Source: Patescibacteria group bacterium
GTDB lineage: Bacteria > Patescibacteriota > Microgenomatia > UBA1406 > GWC2-37-13
NCBI GenBank assembly: GCA_038061735.1
Contig: JBBTYO010000011.1
Location: 693 to 64,692 of the forward strand
Reading direction: 5' to 3'
Length of the DNA stretch: 64,000 bases
Notes under the pieces: generated by a model
What the model saw: the letters and a program-made list of their open reading frames with translations, nothing else
What the model was told of the DNA's origin: nothing
Database searches by the model: none
In this document: piece after piece, positions 21,312 to 30,995 of the stretch
Layout: the number at the start of each line of letters is the position of its first letter
Position numbering within the stretch: the stretch's first letter is position 1
Position numbers and translations under genes: made by a program

Positions 21312-22706
21312 TCAAACTTTTTTTATTTTATAACTATCTCCTACATCTTCAATCTTAAATCCTGCTTTTTCTATTTTTATTCTTAATCGATCAGACGCGT
21401 CAAAGTTTCTCTGTTTTCTTGCCTCCAATCTTCTTTCGGCAAGGGTGATTATATTTGCGTCAATTTTTTCTTCAGTGATGTTATTTAAATTTAAGCCAAA
21501 AACTTTATCAAAATCCATCAGTAAAAAATATTTTTCGTCATTAGTAATGTCAGATTTAACCATGTCCCACATCACAGCAATGGCTTGTGGAGTTTGTAAG
21601 TCATTCTCTAATGCGTCACGAAATTGTTGTTGAAAGGCAATGGCTTTTGACGATTTTACTGAGGACAGAATTTTATCAGATTTTAAATTTGAGGCAATTT
21701 CTTTTAATCGATTGAAAGCTTCAAGACTTGCACGGGCTGATTGCCAAGTAAAATTTAGTGATTGACGATAGTGAGACTGTAAAAATAAAAGTCTTAAAGA
21801 AATCGGGTTAATTTTATTTTTTTCAATATCTTCGAGTGTATAAAAATTTCCTAAAGACTTGCTCATTTTTTGGCCATCAATCGTCAGAAAATTATAATGA
21901 ACCCAATACTTGACAAATGGTTTACCGGTTGCTCCTTCTGATTGGGCAATTTCATTTTCATGATGAACTGGGATATGATCGATTCCTCCGGTGTGGATAT
22001 CTATTGTCTCACCTAAATATTTCATACTCATTGCCGAACATTCAATATGCCATCCCGGAAAACCATCACCCCAAGGTGATGGCCAATACATAGTATGATC
22101 CTCAAAACGGCCAACTCTTTTTAACCAGAGTGCAAAATCGGTCGGATGTTTTTTCCCCGGATCAACGTAGACTTCTTCTCTACTTGCTTGAATTTTATCT
22201 TCCAATTTTTGACCGGATAATTTTCCATAATCTTTAAACTTCAAGACATCAAAATAAACCGCATCTTTTGTTTCATAAGCTAAATTCTTTGCTTTAAGTT
22301 TAATAATTAATTCAACCATCTCTTTTATATAGTCAGTTGCTTTACAGGTAATATCAGGTCGAAGAATATTTAAAACATCGGTAGTTTTAAAGAAAAAATC
22401 GGTATAAAATTTAGCCACATCCCAAACAGTTTTTCCATATTTTTTTGCCCCCTTTTCCATCTTGTCTTCCCCACTGTCATCGTCCCCCGAAAGATGACCG
22501 ACGTCGGTCACGTTCATCACATGATTAACTTTATAACCAAGATAGGTCAAGGTACGTTTTAGTACGTCATTATTCGTATAAGTTCTCATGTGGCCAATAT
22601 GAGTAAAGTCATAAACGGTCGGACCACAGGCATAAAAAGAAACGTTTGGAGGATTTAGAGGGACAAATTCTTCGATTTTGCGGGTTAAGGTGTTATAGAG
22701 TTTCAT
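21312..22706 (-). CDS. cysS: Cysteine--tRNA ligase
   Basis: [31 protein letters not shown]. Confidence 0.98.
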   Translation of the reverse strand: MKLYNTLTRKIEEFVPLNPPNVSFYACGPTVYDFTHIGHMRTYTNNDVLKRTLTYLGYKVNHVMNVTDVGHLSGDDDSGEDKMEKGAKKYGKTVWDVAKFYTDFFFKTTDVLNILRPDITCKATDYIKEMVELIIKLKAKNLAYETKDAVYFDVLKFKDYGKLSGQKLEDKIQASREEVYVDPGKKHPTDFALWLKRVGRFEDHTMYWPSPWGDGFPGWHIECSAMSMKYLGETIDIHTGGIDHIPVHHENEIAQSEGATGKPFVKYWVHYNFLTIDGQKMSKSLGNFYTLEDIEKNKINPISLRLLFLQSHYRQSLNFTWQSARASLEAFNRLKEIASNLKSDKILSSVKSSKAIAFQQQFRDALENDLQTPQAIAVMWDMVKSDITNDEKYFLLMDFDKVFGLNLNNITEEKIDANIITLAERRLEARKQRNFDASDRLRIKIEKAGFKIEDVGDSYKIKKV

Positions 22707-22731
22707 AACAGATTAATTGTAGCAGATTTTA

Positions 22732-23901
22732 TTAGTAGAATTTCCTAAAATTATTTTTTTCTCTACCATAAATATAAGCAGGTATAATTGCAAAAAGAGC
22801 AAACATTGCAGAGGCATTAAAAGCATTAATTATTCCATATTTATCTGCAACAAATCCAAGAATAACAGGCGCTAAACTGGTAGCAATATTAGCAACAAAA
22901 CTTCCGATCCCAAAAACTTTTTCATATTCTTTATGATGCTGAGTAGACTCAGTTATCATTGTTGATCTAACAGGAATAGTTCCTGCGGTCAAAGCACCAA
23001 GAATAACAGAAACAATTATTATTAAAAACTGCGAATAGCTTAGGGTTAATAAAACTATAAAAACTGCCATAAAAAATTCGGCCATTATAAATATTTTTGT
23101 ATTCGTATATTTATCGGACAATCTTCCTAGTGTTGTTTTTCCAATCAAATTTCCAATAAGGAAGGCGCTGGTAAAGATACCTAAGGTTGAAGGGTTGACA
23201 TTTCTTTGTAAAAAAAGAAAAGGAATAAAAATGAAAAGTGCCGACGATGCCAGATTATCAAAAAAAGTAGTAAGCAATGCAAAAATAAATTTTGAATTTT
23301 TAATTATTTGCCAGTAATTTATTTCGACCTTATTTTTTTTAGTTTCAACATCCTCCTCATCCTTATTATTAAAAAATATAATTAGAAAGATAGAAAAGAG
23401 TGAGATTATTCCGTAAATAATTGAAGTTTTTTGCCATCCGATTGCAACTATTATGAACGCAACTGTCGAAGATAGAGCAATTCTTCCAACATCTCCAACT
23501 GCAGTAAAATTTCCCATTGCTCTACCTAATTTATCTAACGGAGTCCACTTAGCAACGAGTGAAAATGCAATTGGATGGAATATCCCAAATCCGAGAGCAG
23601 CGATTAAAAATGAAATCACTAAATAAAAATAAGAAAAAGAAAATCCAACGGCAATAAAACCAATTGAGTAGAAAAATATTGCAAAAGAAAGTATTTTTAT
23701 TGCACCAATTTTATGACCAAAATAACCTGCAGGCAGTGATAAGAGGATACCTGATATTGAAAGTATGGAAGTCAAAATACCAACTTGAGTTAAAGAAAGA
23801 TTTAAGTCTTGTTTTATAAATGGCAAAAGTAAAATAATACTTGCTAAAAAACCATCATTGAAAAAATGAAGAGCAAAAATTTGAGTTAGTTTGTTTTTCA
23901 T
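22732..23901 (-). CDS. MFS transporter (FSR-like)
   Basis: HFFND, GIFHP, GRLSDKY, 12 TM. Confidence 0.85.
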   Translation of the reverse strand: MKNKLTQIFALHFFNDGFLASIILLLPFIKQDLNLSLTQVGILTSILSISGILLSLPAGYFGHKIGAIKILSFAIFFYSIGFIAVGFSFSYFYLVISFLIAALGFGIFHPIAFSLVAKWTPLDKLGRAMGNFTAVGDVGRIALSSTVAFIIVAIGWQKTSIIYGIISLFSIFLIIFFNNKDEEDVETKKNKVEINYWQIIKNSKFIFALLTTFFDNLASSALFIFIPFLFLQRNVNPSTLGIFTSAFLIGNLIGKTTLGRLSDKYTNTKIFIMAEFFMAVFIVLLTLSYSQFLIIIVSVILGALTAGTIPVRSTMITESTQHHKEYEKVFGIGSFVANIATSLAPVILGFVADKYGIINAFNASAMFALFAIIPAYIYGREKNNFRKFY

Positions 23902-23907
23902 AAAAAA

Positions 23908-23940
23908 GTCCGCCTTCGCTCTTTGAGCTTCGGCGAGACA
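23908..23940. repeat. Palindromic repeat-like unit at the tRNA-Pro 3' end
   Basis: GTCCGCCTTCGCTCTTTGAGCTTCGGCGAGACA, an interrupted hairpin (CGCC/GGCG, GCTC/GAGC). Confidence 0.55.
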
Positions 23941-23943
23941 AAG

Positions 23944-24017
23944 TCGGAGTAGGCAGACTTGAACTGCCGACCTCAGCGTCCCGAACGCTGCGCTCTAGCC
24001 ATCTGAGCTATACTCCG
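23944..24017 (-). tRNA. tRNA-Pro (CGG)
   Basis: CGGAGTATAGCTCAGATGGCTAGAGCG-CAGCG-TT-CGG-GA-CGCTG...GGCAGTTCAAGTCTGCCTACTCCGA; CCA not encoded. Confidence 0.95.
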
Positions 24018-24024
24018 TTCATTA

Positions 24025-24531
24025 TCACTGCTTTCCCGAGGCGGGCTTGTTTTCTACATGCTGTTGTTCGGAAGATTTCTTTTTTGCCATGAATCCCCTC
24101 TTGGCTTTTCCGGTTGGCATACCTCCCTGTTGATTTTGCGTTTTTTGCTGCTGTTCTTTTCTTTTTTTCTCCTGTTCTTCATATTCTTCTTGTCTCTTTT
24201 TTTGTGCCTCTTCCATATCTTTTCGCTCCAGAATTTTTTCATCTTCTCTCTTTACAATTTGAAATAATCGATTTCTTAAAGCTTCAGCTTGAAGTTTATC
24301 CTTGTCCTGAAATTTATTTTTTAGTTTATTAAAATCGACGGGGGTATGGTTTGCGCCATGCTTAACCTCCGAGGTTTTTCTCGTATTTTGTTCAGGTCCA
24401 ACCTCGGAGGTTTTTGCCTGATCAAACGGATTTACAATTCCAGCGACCGATTTAACAGTTTTTTTGGCCGTTGAAGCACCAAGTTCAGCTAGTTGTTCAA
24501 ATGCATCACCTAAAATATTTCCTTTAGCCAT
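24025..24531 (-). CDS. Hypothetical charged coiled-coil protein
   Basis: 168 aa, E/K/Q-rich; carries two AACCTCNGAGGTT palindromes. Confidence 0.75.
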   Translation of the reverse strand: MAKGNILGDAFEQLAELGASTAKKTVKSVAGIVNPFDQAKTSEVGPEQNTRKTSEVKHGANHTPVDFNKLKNKFQDKDKLQAEALRNRLFQIVKREDEKILERKDMEEAQKKRQEEYEEQEKKRKEQQQKTQNQQGGMPTGKAKRGFMAKKKSSEQQHVENKPASGKQ

Positions 24532-24542
24532 AGTTTTATTTA

Positions 24543-24845
24543 TTAAATTCCCAACATCGCTTTCCCCTTTTTGCTCATCTTCTCCATTGACCAGGGGGGA
24601 TCAAAGGTAAGTTCAAGAGAAATATCTTCCTCTTTAATCCTTAATTCTTTAATTTTATCTTTAACCTGTGTTTCGATCAAAGAGAATAACGGACAACCAA
24701 TAGTTGTTAGGGTCATTATCACCTTAACCTTGTTTTTAATTAATTTAGTATCATAAACCAAACCTAAGTCAACGATCGAGATATTTAACTCAGGATCCAT
24801 TACTTCGGCTAATTTATTTAAAATTTTTTTTTTGTTTATTGTCAT
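24543..24845 (-). CDS. DUF59 / SufT-like metal-sulfur cluster protein
   Basis: VMDPELNISIVDLGLVY, MTLTTIGCP, FDPPW. Confidence 0.9.
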   Translation of the reverse strand: MTINKKKILNKLAEVMDPELNISIVDLGLVYDTKLIKNKVKVIMTLTTIGCPLFSLIETQVKDKIKELRIKEEDISLELTFDPPWSMEKMSKKGKAMLGI

Positions 24846-24975
24846 ACCTATAAGTATAACAATTGGTATAATAACTATATCGTTAAATAATTTCAAATTT
24901 CTAATTACTAATTTCTAATCAATTTTTAAAATTTAATTTTTTAACATTTAAAATTAAAAATTAATCAATATAGTA

Positions 24976-26646
24976 ATGATTACTTATAAACTACACTTTA
25001 TTCCCTTGGGCGGTATCGTCGGTGTTACCAAAAACATGTATGTATATGAATCATATAATGACGATAAGCTTAAAGATATTGTCATAGTTGACTGTGGTAT
25101 AGGTTTTCCAAAAGAAAAAGAATTGGGAGTTGATTTTGTCATCCCAGATATCAGCTACTTAATGGATAAAAAACAGTATATTAGGGCTATTCTTATTACT
25201 CATGGTCATGAAGATCATACGTCGGCCCTTCCGCTTTTGTATGAAGATTTAGGACGTCCTCCGGTCTACGCCAGTTTGCTCACTTCAATGTTTATTGAAA
25301 ATAAATTTAAGGACAAACATAAAAAAATTTTAGTTAACAAAGTTGATTTTAATAAAGAATATATTTTTGGTGATTTCAAAATTTCCTACTTAAAAATGAC
25401 TCATTCAATCCCAGATACGACTCACATCATAATTAAGACGCCAGTCGGAACAATTTACCACGGGAGCGATTTTAAATTAGATTTGACCCCGCCTTATGGT
25501 CCAGGTCCTGATTTTTATAAAATTACTAAAGCAGGACACGACGGAGTTTTATGTTTGCTCTCCGACTGTTTGGGATCGGAGCGCGAAGGATTGACACTTT
25601 CAGAAAATATTGTTGGCCAAACTTTTGAAGATGAGATGAGAAAAACTAAAGGTAAATTTATTATGACAACCTTCTCTTCAAATATTTCACGTATTCGTCA
25701 ATGTGTAGACGCAGCCATCAAATTTAATCGTAAAATCTGCTTCTTAGGTCGCTCAATGAGAGAAAATACTAAAATAGCTGCCAGTATCGGTTATTTACCA
25801 ATACCACAAAGTCTTTTTATCAAAGAAGAAGAAGTTAGTCGATTTCCGGCAGCTAAAATTTGTTTGATCGTAGCCGGATCACAAGGTCAATATGGGTCGG
25901 CTTTATCAAAATTAGCTGATAGACAAAATAAAAATATTACGATTAAGTCAGGTGACAAAATAATTTTTTCCTCGGATCCAATTCCAGGTAATGAAAATGG
26001 TGTCTACGAAACGATAGAACAATTGTCTGAAGAAGGCGCGGATGTAGTTTACTCAGATATCGCCGATCAACTTCATTCTTCCGGTCATGGTAATCAGGAA
26101 GATCTAAAATTTTTAGTACGTTTTACTGATCCAAAATATTTTATTCCGATTGGAGGAACAATACGGCATCAAAAACAATATGAAAACTTGGTAGAGCAAT
26201 TAGGATACAAAAAGAATGACGTTTTTTCTTTGAACGAAGGAGAGACAATCTGGTTTGTAAAAAATAAAGCATATAAAGGAGACAAGGTCGAAACTAAAAA
26301 TATTTACGTTGATGCATATGGAATTGGAGATGTTGGGAGCGTCATACTTCGTGATAGAAAAACTTTAGCAACCGATGGAATTGTTTTTGCATTATCAATC
26401 GTTGATAACAAAGGAATATTGCTAGGTACGCCAAAAATATTTTCCCGCGGTTTTATATTTGAAAAAGAAGAAGGAAGATTGTATTTGCAGGCAGAAAAAG
26501 TAATCGAAGATGTTTTAAAAACTAAAAATAACCAGTCTTTTGATGTTGGTAAAATGCAATATGATGTGATAAAAAATCTTGAGGAATTTTTCAGGAAAGC
26601 GACTGGAAGAAAACCGCTGGTAGTGGCGGAAGTTATTCAGCTTTAA
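24976..26646 (+). CDS. rnj: Ribonuclease J
   Basis: PLGG, THGHEDH, HSIPD, DFKLD, HSSGH, SRGF. Confidence 0.95.
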   Translation: MITYKLHFIPLGGIVGVTKNMYVYESYNDDKLKDIVIVDCGIGFPKEKELGVDFVIPDISYLMDKKQYIRAILITHGHEDHTSALPLLYEDLGRPPVYASLLTSMFIENKFKDKHKKILVNKVDFNKEYIFGDFKISYLKMTHSIPDTTHIIIKTPVGTIYHGSDFKLDLTPPYGPGPDFYKITKAGHDGVLCLLSDCLGSEREGLTLSENIVGQTFEDEMRKTKGKFIMTTFSSNISRIRQCVDAAIKFNRKICFLGRSMRENTKIAASIGYLPIPQSLFIKEEEVSRFPAAKICLIVAGSQGQYGSALSKLADRQNKNITIKSGDKIIFSSDPIPGNENGVYETIEQLSEEGADVVYSDIADQLHSSGHGNQEDLKFLVRFTDPKYFIPIGGTIRHQKQYENLVEQLGYKKNDVFSLNEGETIWFVKNKAYKGDKVETKNIYVDAYGIGDVGSVILRDRKTLATDGIVFALSIVDNKGILLGTPKIFSRGFIFEKEEGRLYLQAEKVIEDVLKTKNNQSFDVGKMQYDVIKNLEEFFRKATGRKPLVVAEVIQL

Positions 26647-26649
26647 AAT

Positions 26650-27258
26650 ATGTCATCACTTCCTAACAGTCTCAAAAACATTTCCTTATTTTTGGAACGT
26701 CTTCCCGGTATTGGAGAGAAAACCGCTAATCGTTTAGCTTTTTTTTTGCTTAATTTACCGGAAGAGGATTTAAAGGAATTTGCAGAAAATGTTTCTGATT
26801 TAAAATTAAAAACAAAGCTTTGTAAAAATTGTTTTAATTTTACTGAAAAAGAAATTTGTGAAATATGTGACAATAAAGAGAGAGATCATTCTACAATTTG
26901 TATTGTAGAAACAGTCTTAGACTTGCTTTCTTTTGAACAAGGACGGATTTATAACGGAGTTTATCATGTCCTTCATGGAAAGATTGATCCTTTAAATCGT
27001 ATAGGGCCTGATGATATTAAAATTAATGAATTAATTAATCGAATAAAATTGTCCCACAAAATCACTGAAGTGATTTTAGCAACAAATCCGGATATGGAGG
27101 GAGAGGCAACGGCAGTATACATCAAAAATAAATTAAAAATTAAAAATGAAAAATTAAAAATTTCTCGTTTGGCTTACGGACTACCGATGGGGGCGAATCT
27201 TGAATACGCCGACTACATGACTTTGAAAAAAGCGATTGAGGGGAGAAATAAGTTTTAA
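26650..27258 (+). CDS. recR: Recombination mediator RecR
   Basis: LPGIGEKTA, C4 zinc finger, TOPRIM EGEATA. Confidence 0.96.
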   Translation: MSSLPNSLKNISLFLERLPGIGEKTANRLAFFLLNLPEEDLKEFAENVSDLKLKTKLCKNCFNFTEKEICEICDNKERDHSTICIVETVLDLLSFEQGRIYNGVYHVLHGKIDPLNRIGPDDIKINELINRIKLSHKITEVILATNPDMEGEATAVYIKNKLKIKNEKLKISRLAYGLPMGANLEYADYMTLKKAIEGRNKF

Positions 27259-28187
27259 AGTAATTTTTTTAACTCCTGTTCAATTAATGGGGCGATGGAA
27301 ATTTCTTCCAATTTAGAGAATTTTTGTTCTGGTTTTAAGGCAATGCTATTACTCATAAATATTTTTTCAATCGGGCTATTCGAAAGAATTTTTTCCGCAT
27401 TTGGTGAAAAGTCATGATGAACAACACAGGCAAGTACCCGTTTAGCTCCTCTTTTAAGACAAAATTCGGCTGCGTGAACCAAAGTACCTCCGGATGTAAT
27501 AATGTCATCGACGATGATACAAGTTTTATTTTTTACTTCTCCATACAGATTAAGAGCCTTTGATTGGTGTATTTTGTCTAAATTTCGGCGCTTTTCAATC
27601 ACCGCGATATCAACATTGTTAGTGTGAAAAAAATTTTCCGCAAAAGTTTGAGCCCTTTCCACTCCACCTTGATCGGGGGATACAATAGCTACCTCCTCAG
27701 TATTTTTATTATTCTTTAAATAATGAGCGACTTCTCTTCCCAATATGGAAAAAGTTGAAATATTTTTAAATGGAATTGAAAAGATGCCTTCAGTGCCTTC
27801 ATCGTGAAGGTCAAAAGTATAAGCTTGGTTAAAACCTATAGTTTCAAAAAAACGAATAACAACGTTAACGGAAACAGACTCACCGGCTCTATGACCACGA
27901 TTCTGCCTTGCATAACCAAAATATGGAATAAAAGCAATAATTTTTTTTGCCTGCATTCGCTTTAATGCATCAGCAAAAAAAAATAATTCCATTAAATGTG
28001 TATCGGTTGGATTGGCAGTTGATTGGAGAATAACGCATACGTCGTCTTTTACTTTTTCCTGAATAGTCACTCTGATTTCAGAATTATCAAATCGAGTTAC
28101 CTCAGATTTTGAAATAGGAACATTAAGTAGTTTTGATACTTCGTTTGATAATTTTGGATTAGCAGAACCCGAAAATAGTTTTAACAT
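27255..28187 (-). CDS. prs: Ribose-phosphate pyrophosphokinase
   Basis: PYFGYARQ, DLH, VSPDQGG, IIVDDIITSGGT. Confidence 0.96.
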   Translation of the reverse strand: MLKLFSGSANPKLSNEVSKLLNVPISKSEVTRFDNSEIRVTIQEKVKDDVCVILQSTANPTDTHLMELFFFADALKRMQAKKIIAFIPYFGYARQNRGHRAGESVSVNVVIRFFETIGFNQAYTFDLHDEGTEGIFSIPFKNISTFSILGREVAHYLKNNKNTEEVAIVSPDQGGVERAQTFAENFFHTNNVDIAVIEKRRNLDKIHQSKALNLYGEVKNKTCIIVDDIITSGGTLVHAAEFCLKRGAKRVLACVVHHDFSPNAEKILSNSPIEKIFMSNSIALKPEQKFSKLEEISIAPLIEQELKKLL

Positions 28188-28194
28188 ATAATGA

Positions 28195-28464
28195 TTAACC
28201 CTGCTGTTGTTGGCTGGATATTTCTATTAATTTTTTTGCTGCCAATTCTTGAGTTTTTTTGATGGCTTCATTAACGGTCTCGGCAATTCTATTTTCAACG
28301 ATTCCATCGACTTCAATTGATTCTATTATTTGATCTCCTCGTATAACTACTTTAACGCCATTATTTTCTACCACTACTTCCTCTTGCTGCAAAGCTGCCT
28401 GCATTTTCTGTGCTTGCTGTTGTAATTTCTGTAGATCTCCCAACGCTCCAAAGGGGTTTAACAT
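28195..28464 (-). CDS. YbaB/EbfC nucleoid-associated protein
   Basis: QQQAQKMQ...GVKVVIRGD; follows dnaX. Confidence 0.88.
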   Translation of the reverse strand: MLNPFGALGDLQKLQQQAQKMQAALQQEEVVVENNGVKVVIRGDQIIESIEVDGIVENRIAETVNEAIKKTQELAAKKLIEISSQQQQG

Positions 28465-28496
28465 AGTCTATATAAAAATTATAATTATTATAACAG

Positions 28497-29549
28497 TTAT
28501 ATTCTAACAGAATTGTAAAACTCAATCAGGGCAATTTCAACTGGTAAAGAATCAATTGGCGTATTTCTTAAATTTTGATAGGCTTCAATTAATAATTTCA
28601 TTAACAAAGAAATTTCACTTAAAGTTAGAATTGTTTTTTTGTTTTCATTTTCTCCGATTTCGTTTTTAATCAAAAGTTGAGAGTGCAATTGATTTAGAAT
28701 ATCCTCAATAAGATTTTTAAAGTCCCCGCCATTTTGAGAAAACTCGTTTATCCATAAAAGAGTATTTTTTAGATTTTTTTTCTCGATAATTTCAATTAAA
28801 TCATTTCTTCCTCTGATTCCTAAAAATTTTTCTGTTTCCTCAACTGATTCAATTTTTTGAAGAGTAATCTCTTCTAAAATTTTTGCACCGTCTCGAAATG
28901 AATTCTCACTATGATTAGCTATTAATCTTAATAAATCATCTTTTAAATTAATATTTTCATTTTTTGAAATTCTTTTTAACATCGAATAAATATCAGTAAT
29001 ATTGGCTTTTCCAAAATTAATCTTTAAACAACGGGAAACGATAGTTTTTGGTAGTTTTTCTAAATTAGTAGTAGCTAAAATAAATATTGCAGACTTTGGA
29101 GGCTCTTCTAAGGTTTTTAAAAGAGCATTAAAACCTTCATTTGTTATCATGTGTGCCTCATCAATAATAAAAACCCGGTAACCTCCTGACATAGGAAGAA
29201 ATGAAGTTTCACGGATTAAATTTTTAATTTCTTCAATTCCACGGTTTGACGCAGCGTCCATTTCAATAACATCCGTAAAAGAAGAAAGTCCAATACTTTG
29301 ACAGTTAGCACATTTATTGCAGGGTTCGTAAGATTTAGAGTGGGGAGAATTTGTAGAAAATTTATTATTAAGACAATTAACTGCTTTGGCAAGAATTCTT
29401 GCTGTTGATGTTTTTCCAGTCCCTTTTTGTCCAACAAAAATAAATGCATGGGGTAAAGTATTGGACTCCAATATCTTACCTATCATTTTTTTAGCATGCA
29501 AATTGTCAATCTCTTCAATTGTTTTTGGACGATACTTTAGGTAGAACAT
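28497..29549 (-). CDS. dnaX: DNA polymerase III gamma/tau (short form)
   Basis: KYRP, GTGKTS, PCNKCANC, DAASNRG, IIDEAHM, LLKTLEEP. Confidence 0.96.
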   Translation of the reverse strand: MFYLKYRPKTIEEIDNLHAKKMIGKILESNTLPHAFIFVGQKGTGKTSTARILAKAVNCLNNKFSTNSPHSKSYEPCNKCANCQSIGLSSFTDVIEMDAASNRGIEEIKNLIRETSFLPMSGGYRVFIIDEAHMITNEGFNALLKTLEEPPKSAIFILATTNLEKLPKTIVSRCLKINFGKANITDIYSMLKRISKNENINLKDDLLRLIANHSENSFRDGAKILEEITLQKIESVEETEKFLGIRGRNDLIEIIEKKNLKNTLLWINEFSQNGGDFKNLIEDILNQLHSQLLIKNEIGENENKKTILTLSEISLLMKLLIEAYQNLRNTPIDSLPVEIALIEFYNSVRI

Positions 29550-29550
29550 A

Positions 29551-29901
29551 TTATTTTAATAGGTTTTCGATTCCGTGCTTTACCAACTCATTTATCATCT
29601 CGTCTACTCGTTTATTGCGTTCAGCGGCTAATAAAATAACTAGAGGAAAACAAATAACTATTTCACCTAACAAAATTTCTTTTTCTCCGACGTCTTCGTT
29701 ATATTTGAAAGATAATATTGGTAAAGTTTCTTTTTCGTTTTTATATTTTTCGGTAAAGACCTTCATCTTATTTTTTCCCACAAAAACAACATTCAATGAC
29801 TGTTCTAAACTCATCTGTTCTTTTTCAAAAATATTTTCTACAAATGATTTTATTTTTTGTCGATTGATTTTGTAACGTGATGAAGAAACAATACTGATCA
29901 T
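29551..29901 (-). CDS. ybeY: rRNA maturation factor YbeY, divergent
   Basis: ILSF, LLGEIVIC, LVKHGIENLL (His triad degenerate). Confidence 0.75.
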   Translation of the reverse strand: MISIVSSSRYKINRQKIKSFVENIFEKEQMSLEQSLNVVFVGKNKMKVFTEKYKNEKETLPILSFKYNEDVGEKEILLGEIVICFPLVILLAAERNKRVDEMINELVKHGIENLLK

Positions 29902-30113
29902 ATTCTTTTATATACTTTTTTAAAAACCTTTCTATGTTTTAAAGACCGGTTCTTCATTCTTTCTTTTTCTTCCTCTTTCCTTTTCAAAGAAGGCTTTTTA
30001 TAAAACATTTTTTTTCTTAATGTATCAACAATTTCTTCATCAATAAAAGAACGAGTAAATTTTCGGAACATGCTGTCTTTTGATTCGCCTTTTCTTTTTA
30101 TTACTAAAACCAT
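29898..30113 (-). CDS. rpsU: 30S ribosomal protein S21
   Basis: GESKDSMFRKF...FYKKPSLKRK. Confidence 0.9.
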   Translation of the reverse strand: MVLVIKRKGESKDSMFRKFTRSFIDEEIVDTLRKKMFYKKPSLKRKEEEKERMKNRSLKHRKVFKKVYKRI

Positions 30114-30158
30114 AAATGATTCTGCCTCCTTCCAAATGTGATATGAATAATGTTAATT

Positions 30159-30995
30159 CTATCTTATGCTCTTCACTATTTCAATGATCTTGTTTAAGGA
30201 TAGTGATGTTGGAATAAGTTTTGGGTTTCCAGATGAACCATTAAGCAGCATATGACCGGAAACATGGAAAAACCAACTGCCTTTTTTATCTATTTTTAGA
30301 ATATTTTCATAAACTTTTTTCAAACTAAACTTTTTATCAGGTAAAGTTTTGATTCTCGTGAAACATACTTCAGGGTGACGTCTGATGACAAGGGCAAATC
30401 CTTTTTTTAAGGCTAATTTAACAGCTTCTTCATTTTTACTTTCAATTGCAAGTGATTTGCCTAAGTATGACTGAAATACAAAACCGTTTTTAATTTCTTC
30501 CTCAGCGGATACTTTATTTTTAAAAACAATTAAGGCGGCTTCTAATAATTGAAAAATAATTTCAATAAGTTTTGTTTCTTCGCGATTAATTACTTTTAAT
30601 CCGTCAACAAGTTGGCGAATCATAAAATCATACCGGTCATCTGCTGGATCAGGATAAAATACTTCAGCAAAATGATCAGTTGAATTTACATATTCAACAA
30701 TTTTTTCTAAAGCCTTAATTTCTTTTTCCTCAATTAAATCGCGACCAATCAAATATTTATATACAAGTTTTGTGGCTGATGTATAGTCATTGGTTTGATG
30801 ATGGTCAAATTTACCAAGTCCGGTATCAACATGAATAATATTTTTATCACTATCAGGTGATTGGTTGTTTAATGTTGTTCCTGATGGCACAAATTTTACT
30901 TGAGTATCATTCCAATCGGTTAAATATTTTTTTATTAGCCAGACAGAGGCTATAGCGTCAAGGTCAGGAGAAAGATGAGTGACTATAATTTTCAT
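30159..30995 (-). CDS. DHH-like hydrolase (hypothetical)
   Basis: IVTHLSPDLD, VDTG, FDHHQ, WFFHVSGHMLLNG. Confidence 0.7.
   Translation of the reverse strand: MKIIVTHLSPDLDAIASVWLIKKYLTDWNDTQVKFVPSGTTLNNQSPDSDKNIIHVDTGLGKFDHHQTNDYTSATKLVYKYLIGRDLIEEKEIKALEKIVEYVNSTDHFAEVFYPDPADDRYDFMIRQLVDGLKVINREETKLIEIIFQLLEAALIVFKNKVSAEEEIKNGFVFQSYLGKSLAIESKNEEAVKLALKKGFALVIRRHPEVCFTRIKTLPDKKFSLKKVYENILKIDKKGSWFFHVSGHMLLNGSSGNPKLIPTSLSLNKIIEIVKSIR

Noticed and set aside
24891-24970. 7-bp-period AT-rich run between DUF59 and rnj
   Set aside because: Degenerate low-complexity sequence that I cannot distinguish from background by eye.
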